This document shows positions 7,808-17,717 of a DNA stretch of 64,000 nt, one piece after another; position 1 is the stretch's first letter, and each line of letters starts with the position of its first letter. A program made the translations under genes and the position numbers. The notes beneath the pieces were generated by a model that saw only the letters and a program-made list of their open reading frames with translations, made no database searches and had not been told where the DNA came from. Origin of the DNA: a virus; IMG/VR virus record IMGVR_UViG_3300008216_002531, positions 1 to 64,000 of that record. The stretch is one strand, 5' to 3'.

Positions 7808-10057
7808 ATGGCGAATTCTGAAAAACAAGATAGCCCAATCAAAAATTATGTACCAGAACCGGCTTTTGTGACGTGGGACACCCATGAAGAAAAAGTAGAG
7901 GCCATATCGTCTTCTTCTTCTGCCGTAGAGGCTTATGATGGTATCGGCAGCGCTACTGCGTCACATAGATCTTTTCTAGATGTTGAGACTAATATTTCTG
8001 TTAGAACTGGTTATCAGAGAGATGACTATAATAGATTTAGATCTAGAGAAGCCGTTCCTAGACAACAAAAAAAGATTATTTCTAACTGTATGGATGCGTA
8101 TGATAGAGTTGGGATTATCAGAAACGTTATTGATTTAATGGGTGACTTTGCTACTCAGGGAATCACCATCGTTCATCCCAACAAGAGGATTGAAAAATTC
8201 TTCCAGAAATGGTTTGATAAAGTTTCTGGTAAAGAGCGCTCGGAAAGATTCCTTAACACTCTATATAGATGTGGCAATGTTGTTGTCAAGAGGCAGAACG
8301 CTAAACTATCTAAAAAGCTGGAAAGGGAGCTTACTAAAAGTTCAGCCGCAGACATAGAAATCGTTATTCCTAAAATATCAAAAAGAGAGATTCCTTGGAA
8401 GTATGACTTTCTAAACCCTCTTACGGTAGAGATTATCGGCGGTCAACTAGCTATCTTCGCGGGCAATCCCCAGCTAGGACTTAAAGTTTCTGCTACTATT
8501 AAGAGAATGATTATATCTGGAAATGATTATCCAGAGATAGTTGCCAAGCTTCCTAAAGATCTAGTTAAAGCCGTTAAAGATGGCAAGAGCGTAATTCCTC
8601 TAGATCCTGAAAAAACATCCATCTATTACTATAAAAAAGACGATTGGCAGTTGTGGGCCAACCCTATGATATTGTCTGTCTTGGACGATGTTATCATGCT
8701 TGAAAAAATGAAGCTAGCAGACATGTCTGCTCTGGACGGTGCTATTTCTAATATACGGTTATGGAGATTGGGGGATCTAGACAACAAGATTTTGCCAACT
8801 AAGACTGGTGTCAACAAACTAAGAAACATTTTGGCCAGTAATGTTGGCGGTGGTACTATGGATTTGGTATGGGGTCCAGAGCTTGACTTTAAAGAGTCTG
8901 CCACAGAAGTGCATAAGTTCTTGGGCGCCGAAAAATATCAGCCGGTTTTGACAAGCATCTACGCTGGTTTAGGTATTCCACCCACTCTCACCGGGGCTTC
9001 TAATTCTTCTGGCGGTGGATTCACCAATAATTTTGTTTCTCTTAAGACTCTGATCGAAAGATTGGAGTACGGTAGAGATTTGCTTGTAGAATTTTGGAAC
9101 GCTGAGATAGAGACTGTTCAAAAGGCTATGGGTTTTAGATTTCCTGCTAAGATTCATTTTGAACAAATGATTTTATCTGACGAAGCCGCCGAGAAGAATT
9201 TATTGATTCAGCTTGTTGATCGTGATCTTATTAGCGCAGAAACTGTACAAGCTAGATTTGGAGAATTACCAGAGATTGAAAGAATTAGAATCAGGAGAGA
9301 GACCAAAGACAGGGAAAACGAAAATATGCCTCAGAAAGCTAGCCCTTATCATAATCCACAGCATAGAAACGACCTAGAGAAAATTGCTCTTGGCAAGGAT
9401 TTGATGGAGGCAGAAGACTTGGGCTTGGTTCCGTCTGAAGAGACTGGAAGCCATCCTCTCACCAAGCCTAGCGACAGGCGTGACGCTACAGTCCTAGAGG
9501 AGAAGAAAGAGGAGAAGAAAGACAAGCAGGATGAGAGAGAGGTTAAAAAAATGAACCACAAGAATGGTTCTCAGCCCCAACAACAAAAAGATTTTAGTCC
9601 TACTGGCAGGCCTGAAGACGGTAGGCCAAAGAACGCTAAAGATGAGAAGAAGAGAAAACAAAAGCGCGTAGTTCCTAGAAGCACTGCTAACGATTTTACT
9701 AATCTGTTTTTGTGGGCTAATGACGCCCAAAAACAAATAGCAGAGATTGCTCACCCCGCACTGCTAGCCCACTACGAGAAGAAAAACGTTAGAAGTTTAA
9801 CTAAAAGCCAGATGGATGATCTTGAATATATTAAGTTCTGTCTACTCTGTGACATTAAACCCTATGTGGAGATAGACGTTGAGATGGTGCAAACACTACT
9901 TGAACAGTCCAGTTCTTTTAGTTGTGCAGAACTTATGGAAGCTAGAAAAACAATTGTTTCTGAATTTGTCGATAAAAACAGTAGGCAGCCTACAGTTGAT
10001 GAGATGCGCAATATTCAGTCTTCTGCGTATGCTATGCGCGCATTATCAGATCTATAA
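7808..10057 (+). CDS. Portal protein
   Basis: Lies between terL and the protease; IIRNVIDLMGDF, GNV and I..GLGIP..L portal-like motifs; long charged C-terminal extension. Confidence 0.8.
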   Translation: MANSEKQDSPIKNYVPEPAFVTWDTHEEKVEAISSSSSAVEAYDGIGSATASHRSFLDVETNISVRTGYQRDDYNRFRSREAVPRQQKKIISNCMDAYDRVGIIRNVIDLMGDFATQGITIVHPNKRIEKFFQKWFDKVSGKERSERFLNTLYRCGNVVVKRQNAKLSKKLERELTKSSAADIEIVIPKISKREIPWKYDFLNPLTVEIIGGQLAIFAGNPQLGLKVSATIKRMIISGNDYPEIVAKLPKDLVKAVKDGKSVIPLDPEKTSIYYYKKDDWQLWANPMILSVLDDVIMLEKMKLADMSALDGAISNIRLWRLGDLDNKILPTKTGVNKLRNILASNVGGGTMDLVWGPELDFKESATEVHKFLGAEKYQPVLTSIYAGLGIPPTLTGASNSSGGGFTNNFVSLKTLIERLEYGRDLLVEFWNAEIETVQKAMGFRFPAKIHFEQMILSDEAAEKNLLIQLVDRDLISAETVQARFGELPEIERIRIRRETKDRENENMPQKASPYHNPQHRNDLEKIALGKDLMEAEDLGLVPSEETGSHPLTKPSDRRDATVLEEKKEEKKDKQDEREVKKMNHKNGSQPQQQKDFSPTGRPEDGRPKNAKDEKKRKQKRVVPRSTANDFTNLFLWANDAQKQIAEIAHPALLAHYEKKNVRSLTKSQMDDLEYIKFCLLCDIKPYVEIDVEMVQTLLEQSSSFSCAELMEARKTIVSEFVDKNSRQPTVDEMRNIQSSAYAMRALSDL

Positions 10058-10085
10058 ATTGGATTTTTGATTTGCATGGTGGTTT

Positions 10086-10096
10086 TGGTGTATAAT
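10086..10096 (+). promoter_or_regulatory. Putative late promoter TGGTGTATAAT
   Basis: Intergenic, about 20 nt upstream of the protease ATG. Confidence 0.75.
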
Positions 10097-10115
10097 TCTT
10101 ATGAGGTAAGACAAT

Positions 10116-11642
10116 ATGAATATACCGATCTTTCAATCCGAAATAGATGCTGGCCTTTCAGACCTTATTAGGTCTAACGCTAGCATTGCATATTCCGCTT
10201 TGGCCGCGCCGCACAAGCCTAGCGAGGTTGAAGAGGAAAAAGAAAAGCTTTTTGTTTTTAACACTAAAGCTTTAAGCAACCCCGAGCAGATTGATTTATA
10301 TTATCTAAATTCTGTTCTTGTTTCTGTCGGGTGGAATAAAAACGACGACGTGTTCGATCCGAAAGAAGTTTGGGCTGCTAAAGACACTCCTGAAGATAAG
10401 CAGTTTAATTTTATGCATGATGAAAATGATATCATCGGGCATATTACAGGCAACTGTGTTTTATCTAATGGAAAAGTCATTGCTGATGATCAGGATATGC
10501 CGGATCTCTTTGATATTGTGACTAGCGCTGTAATTTATAAAAGTTGGTCAGATCCAGAAAAGAGATCTAGGATTGATCAGGTAATTGCAGAAATAGAAGA
10601 TGGTAAATGGTTTGTTTCTATGGAATGTTTGTTCAAAGGGTTTGATTACGCTGTAGTCTCTCCTGACGGAACGCACAACATTGTAACTAGAAATGAAACG
10701 TCTGCCTTTCTAACTAAACACTTAAGATCATATGGAGGAGAAGGAGAGTACGAGGGACATAAAGTAGGAAGACTTCTAAGAAATATTTCATTTTCTGGTA
10801 AGGGCTTGGTTAATAACCCAGCCAATCCCAATAGCGTAATTCTTAAAGAGAACGATCCCTTTAAGTCTACTCAAGCATGCGTAATAGAAGAAACCACTCT
10901 AAGGGAGACAAATAAAATGTCTAATGATACTGCCATGCAACAGCAGTTAGATACTCTTAAGGCTGACTTGGCTGAAGCCAAGAAGCGTGAAGAGAGTCTA
11001 GAGGCTCGATTAAAGGAACTGGATGAGAAGGCTTTCACGGAGAAGGTCGAAGCTCTAGAAGCTGAAATCCAGACCAAAGACGAAACTATTGCTTCTATGT
11101 CAGAAGCCGCCGCATCTTTTGATGCTGAAAAGACTGAATTGACAGAAACTTTGGCCAAGGCTCAAGAAGCACTTGACGCCCTTAAGTCAGAAGTTGACAC
11201 CATTAAGGCAGAAGCCCACAAAGCTGCTAGATTAGCCGCTCTCGTTCAGGCTGGTCTTGATGAAGAAGCTGCCGCAGAGAAGCTAGAGAAGTTCGCTGAT
11301 GCGAGCGACGAGATCTTTGCTGAGATCGTTGAGTTGCTTTCAGCCGCTGACAAGGCTGGGTATCCACCCAACTGTAAAGACGGCTTTGTGGCTGAAGACG
11401 GGAAGTGTGTTCCCGAAGAGGCTGATGCAGAAGTTGAAGAATCTGCTGATGCTGATGAAGATATTGCGTCAGACGAAGCTGAAGACGAAGCTGATGCCGA
11501 TGTCTTAGACGAAGTGGAAGATACAGTAGAGGCCAGTTTGGCCGACGCTGGTGAAACTGACTCTATCAAGAGTGCGCGAACTGTTGCTAGTGAATGGCTT
11601 AAGTCCAGCATTCTAAAGACCACAGCAGATTCACATAAGTAA
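10116..11642 (+). CDS. Prohead protease-scaffold fusion
   Basis: NKNDDVF, NFMH..IIGHI, VSMEC, FSGKGLVNNPA (HK97-like protease motifs); coiled-coil, acidic C-terminal half. Confidence 0.78.
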   Translation: MNIPIFQSEIDAGLSDLIRSNASIAYSALAAPHKPSEVEEEKEKLFVFNTKALSNPEQIDLYYLNSVLVSVGWNKNDDVFDPKEVWAAKDTPEDKQFNFMHDENDIIGHITGNCVLSNGKVIADDQDMPDLFDIVTSAVIYKSWSDPEKRSRIDQVIAEIEDGKWFVSMECLFKGFDYAVVSPDGTHNIVTRNETSAFLTKHLRSYGGEGEYEGHKVGRLLRNISFSGKGLVNNPANPNSVILKENDPFKSTQACVIEETTLRETNKMSNDTAMQQQLDTLKADLAEAKKREESLEARLKELDEKAFTEKVEALEAEIQTKDETIASMSEAAASFDAEKTELTETLAKAQEALDALKSEVDTIKAEAHKAARLAALVQAGLDEEAAAEKLEKFADASDEIFAEIVELLSAADKAGYPPNCKDGFVAEDGKCVPEEADAEVEESADADEDIASDEAEDEADADVLDEVEDTVEASLADAGETDSIKSARTVASEWLKSSILKTTADSHK

Positions 11643-11674
11643 ATTAATTTAAGTCTCAATTAGGAGAACATACA

Positions 11675-12178
11675 ATGGCACTTAAAGCTGATCGTCACGA
11701 ACTGCAAACCGACATCTCTTTCTTCATGAATGAAGTAGCGTCTAGAGGCGGTGTTGCCGTTTTTTCAACCGCTGGCTCAGGCGCAGCGATGGATAGTAAC
11801 AAGGCTCTTGTAACCTATAAGGCAATGCCTTCAGGTTCAGTCCCCGCTGGCCTACTTCTTAATGATATGGTCAACATTGACCAGACTCGCCAGCATATTA
11901 ACTGGCATAAGGATGAGGTTCAGAAGGGTGGCAAGGTTACTCTGCTTACGCAGGGTTGGGTTGTCACTGATAGAATTTACCCCGGCGACACGCCTGCTGT
12001 AGGCAACGTAGCTTATGTACACCACAGTGGTTACATTTCAAGCGTTATTACTGCCGCCAAGGGTCAATTTGACAGAAGCATGCCAACCAACCTCGCCGTT
12101 GGTCGTTTCATCTCCAAGAAGGATGAAGATGGCTATGCTAAGGTCTCGATTAACCTTCCTAACCAAACGCACCAGTAG
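11675..12178 (+). CDS. Capsid decoration/cement-like protein
   Basis: Small beta-rich ORF immediately before the MCP; strong AGGAG RBS. Confidence 0.6.
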   Translation: MALKADRHELQTDISFFMNEVASRGGVAVFSTAGSGAAMDSNKALVTYKAMPSGSVPAGLLLNDMVNIDQTRQHINWHKDEVQKGGKVTLLTQGWVVTDRIYPGDTPAVGNVAYVHHSGYISSVITAAKGQFDRSMPTNLAVGRFISKKDEDGYAKVSINLPNQTHQ

Positions 12179-12202
12179 CCTTTAAATAGGAGATATATAA
12201 AA

Positions 12203-13207
12203 ATGGCTAATACTTTTCAAAGACCAGACGAGCAGTTTCTTTCACTGCTAAAACAGTCTGGCAGTCCCGATAAGGCTGTTGCTCTAGAAGCGCAGCATGA
12301 GATTGCCAAGGCTCTACAAGAGCCGCTTCGTCAGGGCGTCCTCGTTGGCGATATTCTTGGCAATATTTTCGAAAGCGTAGTGATGGAGCCGGGTACGACT
12401 TCTGAGTTCCCGCTTGATCTACTTGCTCCGGGCGAAGAAGACGAATTCGTCGCCTATACCAACCCCGGCCATGGCCGAATTCCTGAGCGTCAGGTCGAAG
12501 GCGATTATGTAATGGTCCCGACCTATAGCATTACAGCCTCCATCGATTGGTTGTTGCGCTATGCTCGTGAAGCTCGCTGGGATATTGTTGGTCGTGCCAT
12601 GCAGGTGCTAGAAGCTTCATTCGTTAAGAAGATTAACGATGATGGCTGGCACACTGTCCTCGCCGCTGGCGTTGACCGTAACATCATGGTTTATGATGCT
12701 GATGCAACTGCTGGCCAGTTCACCAAGCGTCTTGTTTCCTTGATGAAGACTGTCATGCGTCGTAACGGCGGTGGCAACTCAGGTTCTTTGGTTCGCAGTA
12801 GACTGAGCGATCTTTATCTCAGTCCAGAAGCCCTAGAAGATATTCGCAACTGGCAGGTGGATCAAATTGATGAGATCACCCGCCGCGAGATCTTTACGGC
12901 TGCTGATGGTGGTATTACTCGTCTATTCCAAGTAAACCTCCATGATATCGACGAACTTGGAGAAAGCCAAGAGTACCAAAACTTCTTCACTAACCAGCTT
13001 AGCGGTAGTCTTCAGGGCAGTGACCTTGAGTTGGTTGTTGGTCTTGACCTAAGTAATAGAGATTCCTTTATTATGCCAGTCAAGCAGGAAGTTCAGATCT
13101 TCGAAGACGATAACCTTCATCGTCATCAGAAGGCTGGCCTTTATGGCTGGGCAGAGCTTGGTTTTGCGGTTCTAGATAACCGCCGAGTCCTCCTAGGCTC
13201 CTTCTAG
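12203..13207 (+). CDS. Major capsid protein (HK97-like fold)
   Basis: 334 aa; position after scaffold and decoration; strong RBS; followed by a terminator; C-terminal GLYGWAELGFAVLD strand. Confidence 0.82.
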   Translation: MANTFQRPDEQFLSLLKQSGSPDKAVALEAQHEIAKALQEPLRQGVLVGDILGNIFESVVMEPGTTSEFPLDLLAPGEEDEFVAYTNPGHGRIPERQVEGDYVMVPTYSITASIDWLLRYAREARWDIVGRAMQVLEASFVKKINDDGWHTVLAAGVDRNIMVYDADATAGQFTKRLVSLMKTVMRRNGGGNSGSLVRSRLSDLYLSPEALEDIRNWQVDQIDEITRREIFTAADGGITRLFQVNLHDIDELGESQEYQNFFTNQLSGSLQGSDLELVVGLDLSNRDSFIMPVKQEVQIFEDDNLHRHQKAGLYGWAELGFAVLDNRRVLLGSF

Positions 13208-13271
13208 TCGCTTGCGACTAAAGAGAAAAGAGAACCGCTTCGCGCTCTCAGTAGCGCGGGGCGGTTTTTTT
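13205..13271 (+). terminator. G(CUUG)C hairpin followed by a Rho-independent terminator after the MCP
   Basis: TAGTCG-CTTG-CGACTA (13205-13220), then AACCGCTTCGCGCT..AGCGCGGGGCGGTT and a T-run. Confidence 0.85.
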
Positions 13272-13280
13272 ATTAGAATA

Positions 13281-13291
13281 TGGTGTATAAT
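13281..13291 (+). promoter_or_regulatory. Putative late promoter TGGTGTATAAT
   Basis: Immediately after the MCP terminator and before a GGAGG RBS. Confidence 0.75.
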
Positions 13292-13322
13292 ATAGTGGGT
13301 ATGTGCTATTCAGGAGGTAGAT

Positions 13323-13781
13323 ATGACCGGAATATCCGACTATTTAGAATCGGGCATCATAAATTTTATATTCAGAAGTAACACTAATAGTTTTGCCGCT
13401 CCCGGCAATCTATCTCTAGCGCTATGCTCCGGTGTACCACAAGACCATCAAACTGGAGCAACCATACCAGAAATAGCCAGTGGCGTTGCTGGGGTATCTA
13501 ATGGATATAAAAGATACAATCTAAACTCTCCTCGCGGCTCGGGCGATATTACATGGAGACAAGTTAACAGTAGTGGGTTTACTAATAACTTGAGCAAGTT
13601 GAGTTTTCCGACGTGTAGCAACACCTCTTGGGGTCTTATATCCGGCGTGGCCATCTGTAATAAATCTGGAATAGGCACAGGCCAGATGTTGATGCACGGG
13701 AAGTTAGCCAGAGCTACTACGATTGATGTAGGCGAAACATTTTCGTTTAATATTGGTGATTTAGAAATAGATATTTTTTAG
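13323..13781 (+). CDS. Small virion structural protein (SDYLE-type)
   Basis: N-terminal SDYLE; FP....WG.I and G.TFSF..GDL pattern common in small phage tail/head proteins. Confidence 0.6.
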   Translation: MTGISDYLESGIINFIFRSNTNSFAAPGNLSLALCSGVPQDHQTGATIPEIASGVAGVSNGYKRYNLNSPRGSGDITWRQVNSSGFTNNLSKLSFPTCSNTSWGLISGVAICNKSGIGTGQMLMHGKLARATTIDVGETFSFNIGDLEIDIF

Positions 13782-13793
13782 AAAGGCTATCAA

Positions 13794-14306
13794 ATGGCTT
13801 GGACCGATGACATGCCTACTATAGTTAGGTACTTAATAAACGATCTTGATTCTACAAACTATGCATATTCTAACGGACGAGTAAAACAGACAATTGTTGT
13901 TGCGGCTCAGTTAGTTTTAAACGAGATAGATTTTGATAAAACTTACACCGTAACAATTAGCACGTCTGGTATCAGCCCAGACCCAACAGCCGCCACCAAA
14001 GATGACGCATTTATTAATTTGGTTTCTTTGAAGTCGGCGTGCTTAATCGCTTCGAGTGAGCTTAGAACTAAAGGGTTGGACGCTATCAGGGTCTCTGATG
14101 GATCATCTTCTATAGACGCCGGTGGAATTCTCAGAGGTTTTGAGATTCTTAGTAAAGATCTATGTCAGCGCTATGAAAATGCTAAAATACAATACAAGGC
14201 TGGTAATAGTGTGGCTGGTAAAGCAATTCTTTCACCTTATGAATCTCCAAACTTCCCGATTGTTCACGGGGAGGGGCACAATACAAGAACTGGATATTTC
14301 GAATAG
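13794..14306 (+). CDS. Putative head-tail adaptor
   Basis: IVRYLINDL..YS helical adaptor-like N-terminus; position after the MCP. Confidence 0.55.
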   Translation: MAWTDDMPTIVRYLINDLDSTNYAYSNGRVKQTIVVAAQLVLNEIDFDKTYTVTISTSGISPDPTAATKDDAFINLVSLKSACLIASSELRTKGLDAIRVSDGSSSIDAGGILRGFEILSKDLCQRYENAKIQYKAGNSVAGKAILSPYESPNFPIVHGEGHNTRTGYFE

Positions 14307-14316
14307 GAATGGATAA

Positions 14317-16053
14317 ATGACACAAAAAAATCTAACCGATCTTAAGTTGGAATACACAACCAATGTAGCCGACAACGATGTCGGGTCTATATCCGCCAAG
14401 GACGTAAGGGATGCTTTTACCAATACGGCAGACTCTGTTGTTACAATTATGGCTAGCGGCACCGATATTTATTTTCAAAATCACTATCGAGATGCCGGTA
14501 CTAGCGTAGATTTTAGAGCTAGTGGGGATATACTTCCTAACAGAATGATCGCTAGTCTTAATGGACAGTGGGACGGCAACAATGTCGCTGCAATTAAGTT
14601 TAGGTCTGGGTCTACTTCTTCCAGCACAGGAGCAATTGCTTTTTACACAGCCGCTTCTGGCAATCCTAATCCATCAGGAGCGGAATGGCCTCGCCAAATG
14701 CATAAGAGGATGCAGATTAAAGAAGATGGCCGTTTGGAGATTATTGGAAGTGGGCTAGGACATGTTGGCCTTCATTATAACAGGGTTCAACATAGCGGCG
14801 TTGGAGTATTAATAGACCATATACACGGCAATCACTTAGCCGCTCCATGGAGTCAAAACATGGGGATTGGCCACTACAACTCTACAAACACTGTATTTTC
14901 TCCCAGCCTTTCTATAAAGGGTTCTGGAGAAGTGGTTATCACCAGAGAAGGAGGGGATAGTGTTCATAGCTCTGGGTGGGCCGAATTACACTTGGAGAAT
15001 AGAAACAACAGAAACTCAGCAAATAATAACAATATGGGACTTGGATCCCGCATCATTTTTAAGGGCTATAAAGATGCTGCTAAGTCTAATCCCCAGTCAA
15101 TATATACTCTTGGAACAGACATAAAGTCTGATAGCAATAGTTCAATAGCCAAAAACAATTTCTTTGTTCAGGATTTGTATGCTCCAAGCCAACCTTATAG
15201 ACTATATATCGATCCGTCAGGAAATATTGGCGTTGGTAATACGGCCCCTAGTGGAAAACTTCACATTACTGCCGGGGGAATGTATAGCGGAGCTAGCGGG
15301 GTGGCACTGTCATTAGGCACTGTGGAGTCTACCACATATTTTGATTGGAAGCTTTCAAAACCAGCAACCGAATCAAACAACACCTATCTAACTCTAGACA
15401 CTAGATATCCAGCAAAGAGAAACATTATTGCGGTGCAGTCAAATAGTAGTAGCAATTCGACACACGTTGGATTTGGCACTAGAACACCCCATGGGATAGT
15501 GGAAATTTCGCATGGTGGAGTTGGTCATTCTGGTTTGAACCTGACCAACACTGGGGCGGGTGGCAGAAGATGGACCCTGTTAAGTACCCACGGCGCGTCT
15601 ACCGCATTAGAAACCCCAGCCAACAAAGCCAGTGGTTGTTTTGTAGTTCAAGACTCAACAGCCAGTAAGACAAGATTTGCTATAGATGCTTCAGGAAACG
15701 TCGGAATTGGTGAAATACCACAAACCATTAAAGGAACGGCGACGAAGGCTTTGGTGCTTGGAGATAACGGACAAAACGTATTGGCTACAAACCTCAACAC
15801 CGCCGGTCTTTTTGCTAAAGATACCGGTGGGGTCGTTAAGCTGTACGCTTTTGACGAAGGCGGAAACCAAAACGCAATTAGTCCTCACGTTTTTAAGATG
15901 TTCCAACAGCCAGACCCGATGGCTTGGTCTTACTATGGTATTAATCATATCGTTGGAAAAGAAATCAATGTAGATGTTTACGGGGCTATTAGAGAGATTG
16001 AAGATTTGACTGGTAAACAATTTATATTTACACAAGATATAGACGGAGAATAA
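14317..16053 (+). CDS. Fibre-like virion protein
   Basis: Repeats of R..ID.SGN[VI]G[IV]G..P...LHI typical of phage fibres. Confidence 0.65.
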   Translation: MTQKNLTDLKLEYTTNVADNDVGSISAKDVRDAFTNTADSVVTIMASGTDIYFQNHYRDAGTSVDFRASGDILPNRMIASLNGQWDGNNVAAIKFRSGSTSSSTGAIAFYTAASGNPNPSGAEWPRQMHKRMQIKEDGRLEIIGSGLGHVGLHYNRVQHSGVGVLIDHIHGNHLAAPWSQNMGIGHYNSTNTVFSPSLSIKGSGEVVITREGGDSVHSSGWAELHLENRNNRNSANNNNMGLGSRIIFKGYKDAAKSNPQSIYTLGTDIKSDSNSSIAKNNFFVQDLYAPSQPYRLYIDPSGNIGVGNTAPSGKLHITAGGMYSGASGVALSLGTVESTTYFDWKLSKPATESNNTYLTLDTRYPAKRNIIAVQSNSSSNSTHVGFGTRTPHGIVEISHGGVGHSGLNLTNTGAGGRRWTLLSTHGASTALETPANKASGCFVVQDSTASKTRFAIDASGNVGIGEIPQTIKGTATKALVLGDNGQNVLATNLNTAGLFAKDTGGVVKLYAFDEGGNQNAISPHVFKMFQQPDPMAWSYYGINHIVGKEINVDVYGAIREIEDLTGKQFIFTQDIDGE

Positions 16054-16054
16054 A

Positions 16055-16327
16055 ATGGCTATTGTTAAGAAAGTAATATTAGCTAATGCTATAAAAAATG
16101 GAACAGTGGTGACCGGAGTTGATCCTCTTGGAAATTCCAACACAATTGATCCATTTAGTGGCAAGGTTACGGCAACCTATACTAGCATGTCTAAAGGGTA
16201 TGGGCTTGGTACTGATGGGCAGACTCATTTTCAATGGTTAAATGTCCATAGTTCTGGAGCTTTGCAGGCATTATATAATGATAGGTTTGACAATCCCAGA
16301 TACTATACCGGCGACGCTGTTACGTAG
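16055..16327 (+). CDS. Small virion-region protein (paralogue A)
   Basis: Shares TGVD..GN and DR.D..R.Y.GDA with the next ORF. Confidence 0.65.
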   Translation: MAIVKKVILANAIKNGTVVTGVDPLGNSNTIDPFSGKVTATYTSMSKGYGLGTDGQTHFQWLNVHSSGALQALYNDRFDNPRYYTGDAVT

Positions 16328-16351
16328 GACTTATAAAAGGATGATTCAATC

Positions 16352-16549
16352 ATGGCTGACGATGTAATTTTTATACCGAAGTCTGGAGAAAGAGGACAGA
16401 TTGGCGCCACCACTGGCGTAGATGTTCACGGTAATAAAAAGACACTACGAGATTATTACGTTGCTTCGGGAGTAGATGCTACGTATTTTGGTAAGCTTGG
16501 AGATAGAAACGATGACATTAGACACTATAAAGGTGACGCAGCCGGTTAG
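16352..16549 (+). CDS. Small virion-region protein (paralogue B)
   Basis: RBS AAGGA; similar to the preceding ORF. Confidence 0.65.
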   Translation: MADDVIFIPKSGERGQIGATTGVDVHGNKKTLRDYYVASGVDATYFGKLGDRNDDIRHYKGDAAG

Positions 16550-16566
16550 TGTAAATTGGAGAAATA

Positions 16567-17070
16567 ATGGCTATTAATATTCCAGAGAGTATTTATACCA
16601 AGTTTAACGAAGTCGTTGATACGATGATTACTGAATTTGGTATTGTTTGTACTTTGGTCTATCCAGAAAAACAGGTTGCTTGCAGTAACTGCATTACAGA
16701 CACTATAGGTAGAAAGTCTGGAAATAGGTATAGAACCGGCGGCCCCATTCCTTTTGCTAGGGGGATGATCTGTCCTCTTTGTCACGGGTCAGGCTTTAAG
16801 TCTACTGAGAACACCGACGAAATAACAATGAGGGTCTACTGGAAGAAACAAAATTGGATTAAGACGGGCATTCAGATGGATGCCCCCAATGATGTCGTCC
16901 AAACGATTACTTATTTAAAACACCTCCCAAAAATCAATAAAGCCAAAGAGGTGTTGATTAATAAAAATATAGAGGGTCATGAAACTTTGAGATATGTTAA
17001 GATGGGGGAGTCTGTTACAAACGGACTGCAACACAATAGATATATCATCACCCATTGGAGACGGTCTTAA
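16567..17070 (+). CDS. Putative head-closure/neck protein with Zn-ribbon insertion
   Basis: CSNC...CPLCHGSG; located in the head-tail joining region. Confidence 0.5.
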   Translation: MAINIPESIYTKFNEVVDTMITEFGIVCTLVYPEKQVACSNCITDTIGRKSGNRYRTGGPIPFARGMICPLCHGSGFKSTENTDEITMRVYWKKQNWIKTGIQMDAPNDVVQTITYLKHLPKINKAKEVLINKNIEGHETLRYVKMGESVTNGLQHNRYIITHWRRS

Positions 17071-17717
17071 TGTCTATAATTAACACAAGACTAATTGTGG
17101 CTATTCAAGAATCAGACGCGGTGATTAGTAAGAGAATTAAGCAGGCCATGTATGCAGATGTGACGAAAAAGTTTCGAAAAGCCCAGCCGGTGATACAAAA
17201 TGCTCTGAAAATAGAAGTGGCGAAGTGGTTATCAAATTCTCCAGAGCTACAGTCTATACTAACCGGGTCATTAAGGGGCGATTTTGGCATTGTTAGTCCT
17301 TCCGGGCCAGTCAGCGCAATAATTCAGTCTGTTTCAGAATCGGTAGACATTGAATATCGCGCCTTGACCCCGAGTTTGGCTGGCACAGTTTTGTCTATAC
17401 GGATACAGCCTAAAAACCTCTCAAATATTCTAGGTATCATTCCCCCGGTGGTAACAGAGAAAGGCGAATCGCTACCTTGGATAGAATGGCTATTAAAGAG
17501 GGGTGACGATATTATTATTTCGGATTATCATGTTGTAGAGGGCGATCATGGTAGAACCGGAATGGCAACCATGAAACCCGGCGGTAACTATAAGGTTAGT
17601 AGAGTTAATCCGTCCTTTAGTGGAACAGAGGATGACAATTTCGTAACTAGAGCTTTAGACGGCAAGGAAATGGAAATAGCAAACATTTTAGCTAGCAGCT
17701 TGAGAAGGGTTAGATAA
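17070..17717 (+). CDS. Putative neck/tail-completion protein
   Basis: LPWIEWLL and GTEDDNFVTRAL; TAATG coupling gives start 17070. Confidence 0.5.
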   Translation: MSIINTRLIVAIQESDAVISKRIKQAMYADVTKKFRKAQPVIQNALKIEVAKWLSNSPELQSILTGSLRGDFGIVSPSGPVSAIIQSVSESVDIEYRALTPSLAGTVLSIRIQPKNLSNILGIIPPVVTEKGESLPWIEWLLKRGDDIIISDYHVVEGDHGRTGMATMKPGGNYKVSRVNPSFSGTEDDNFVTRALDGKEMEIANILASSLRRVR

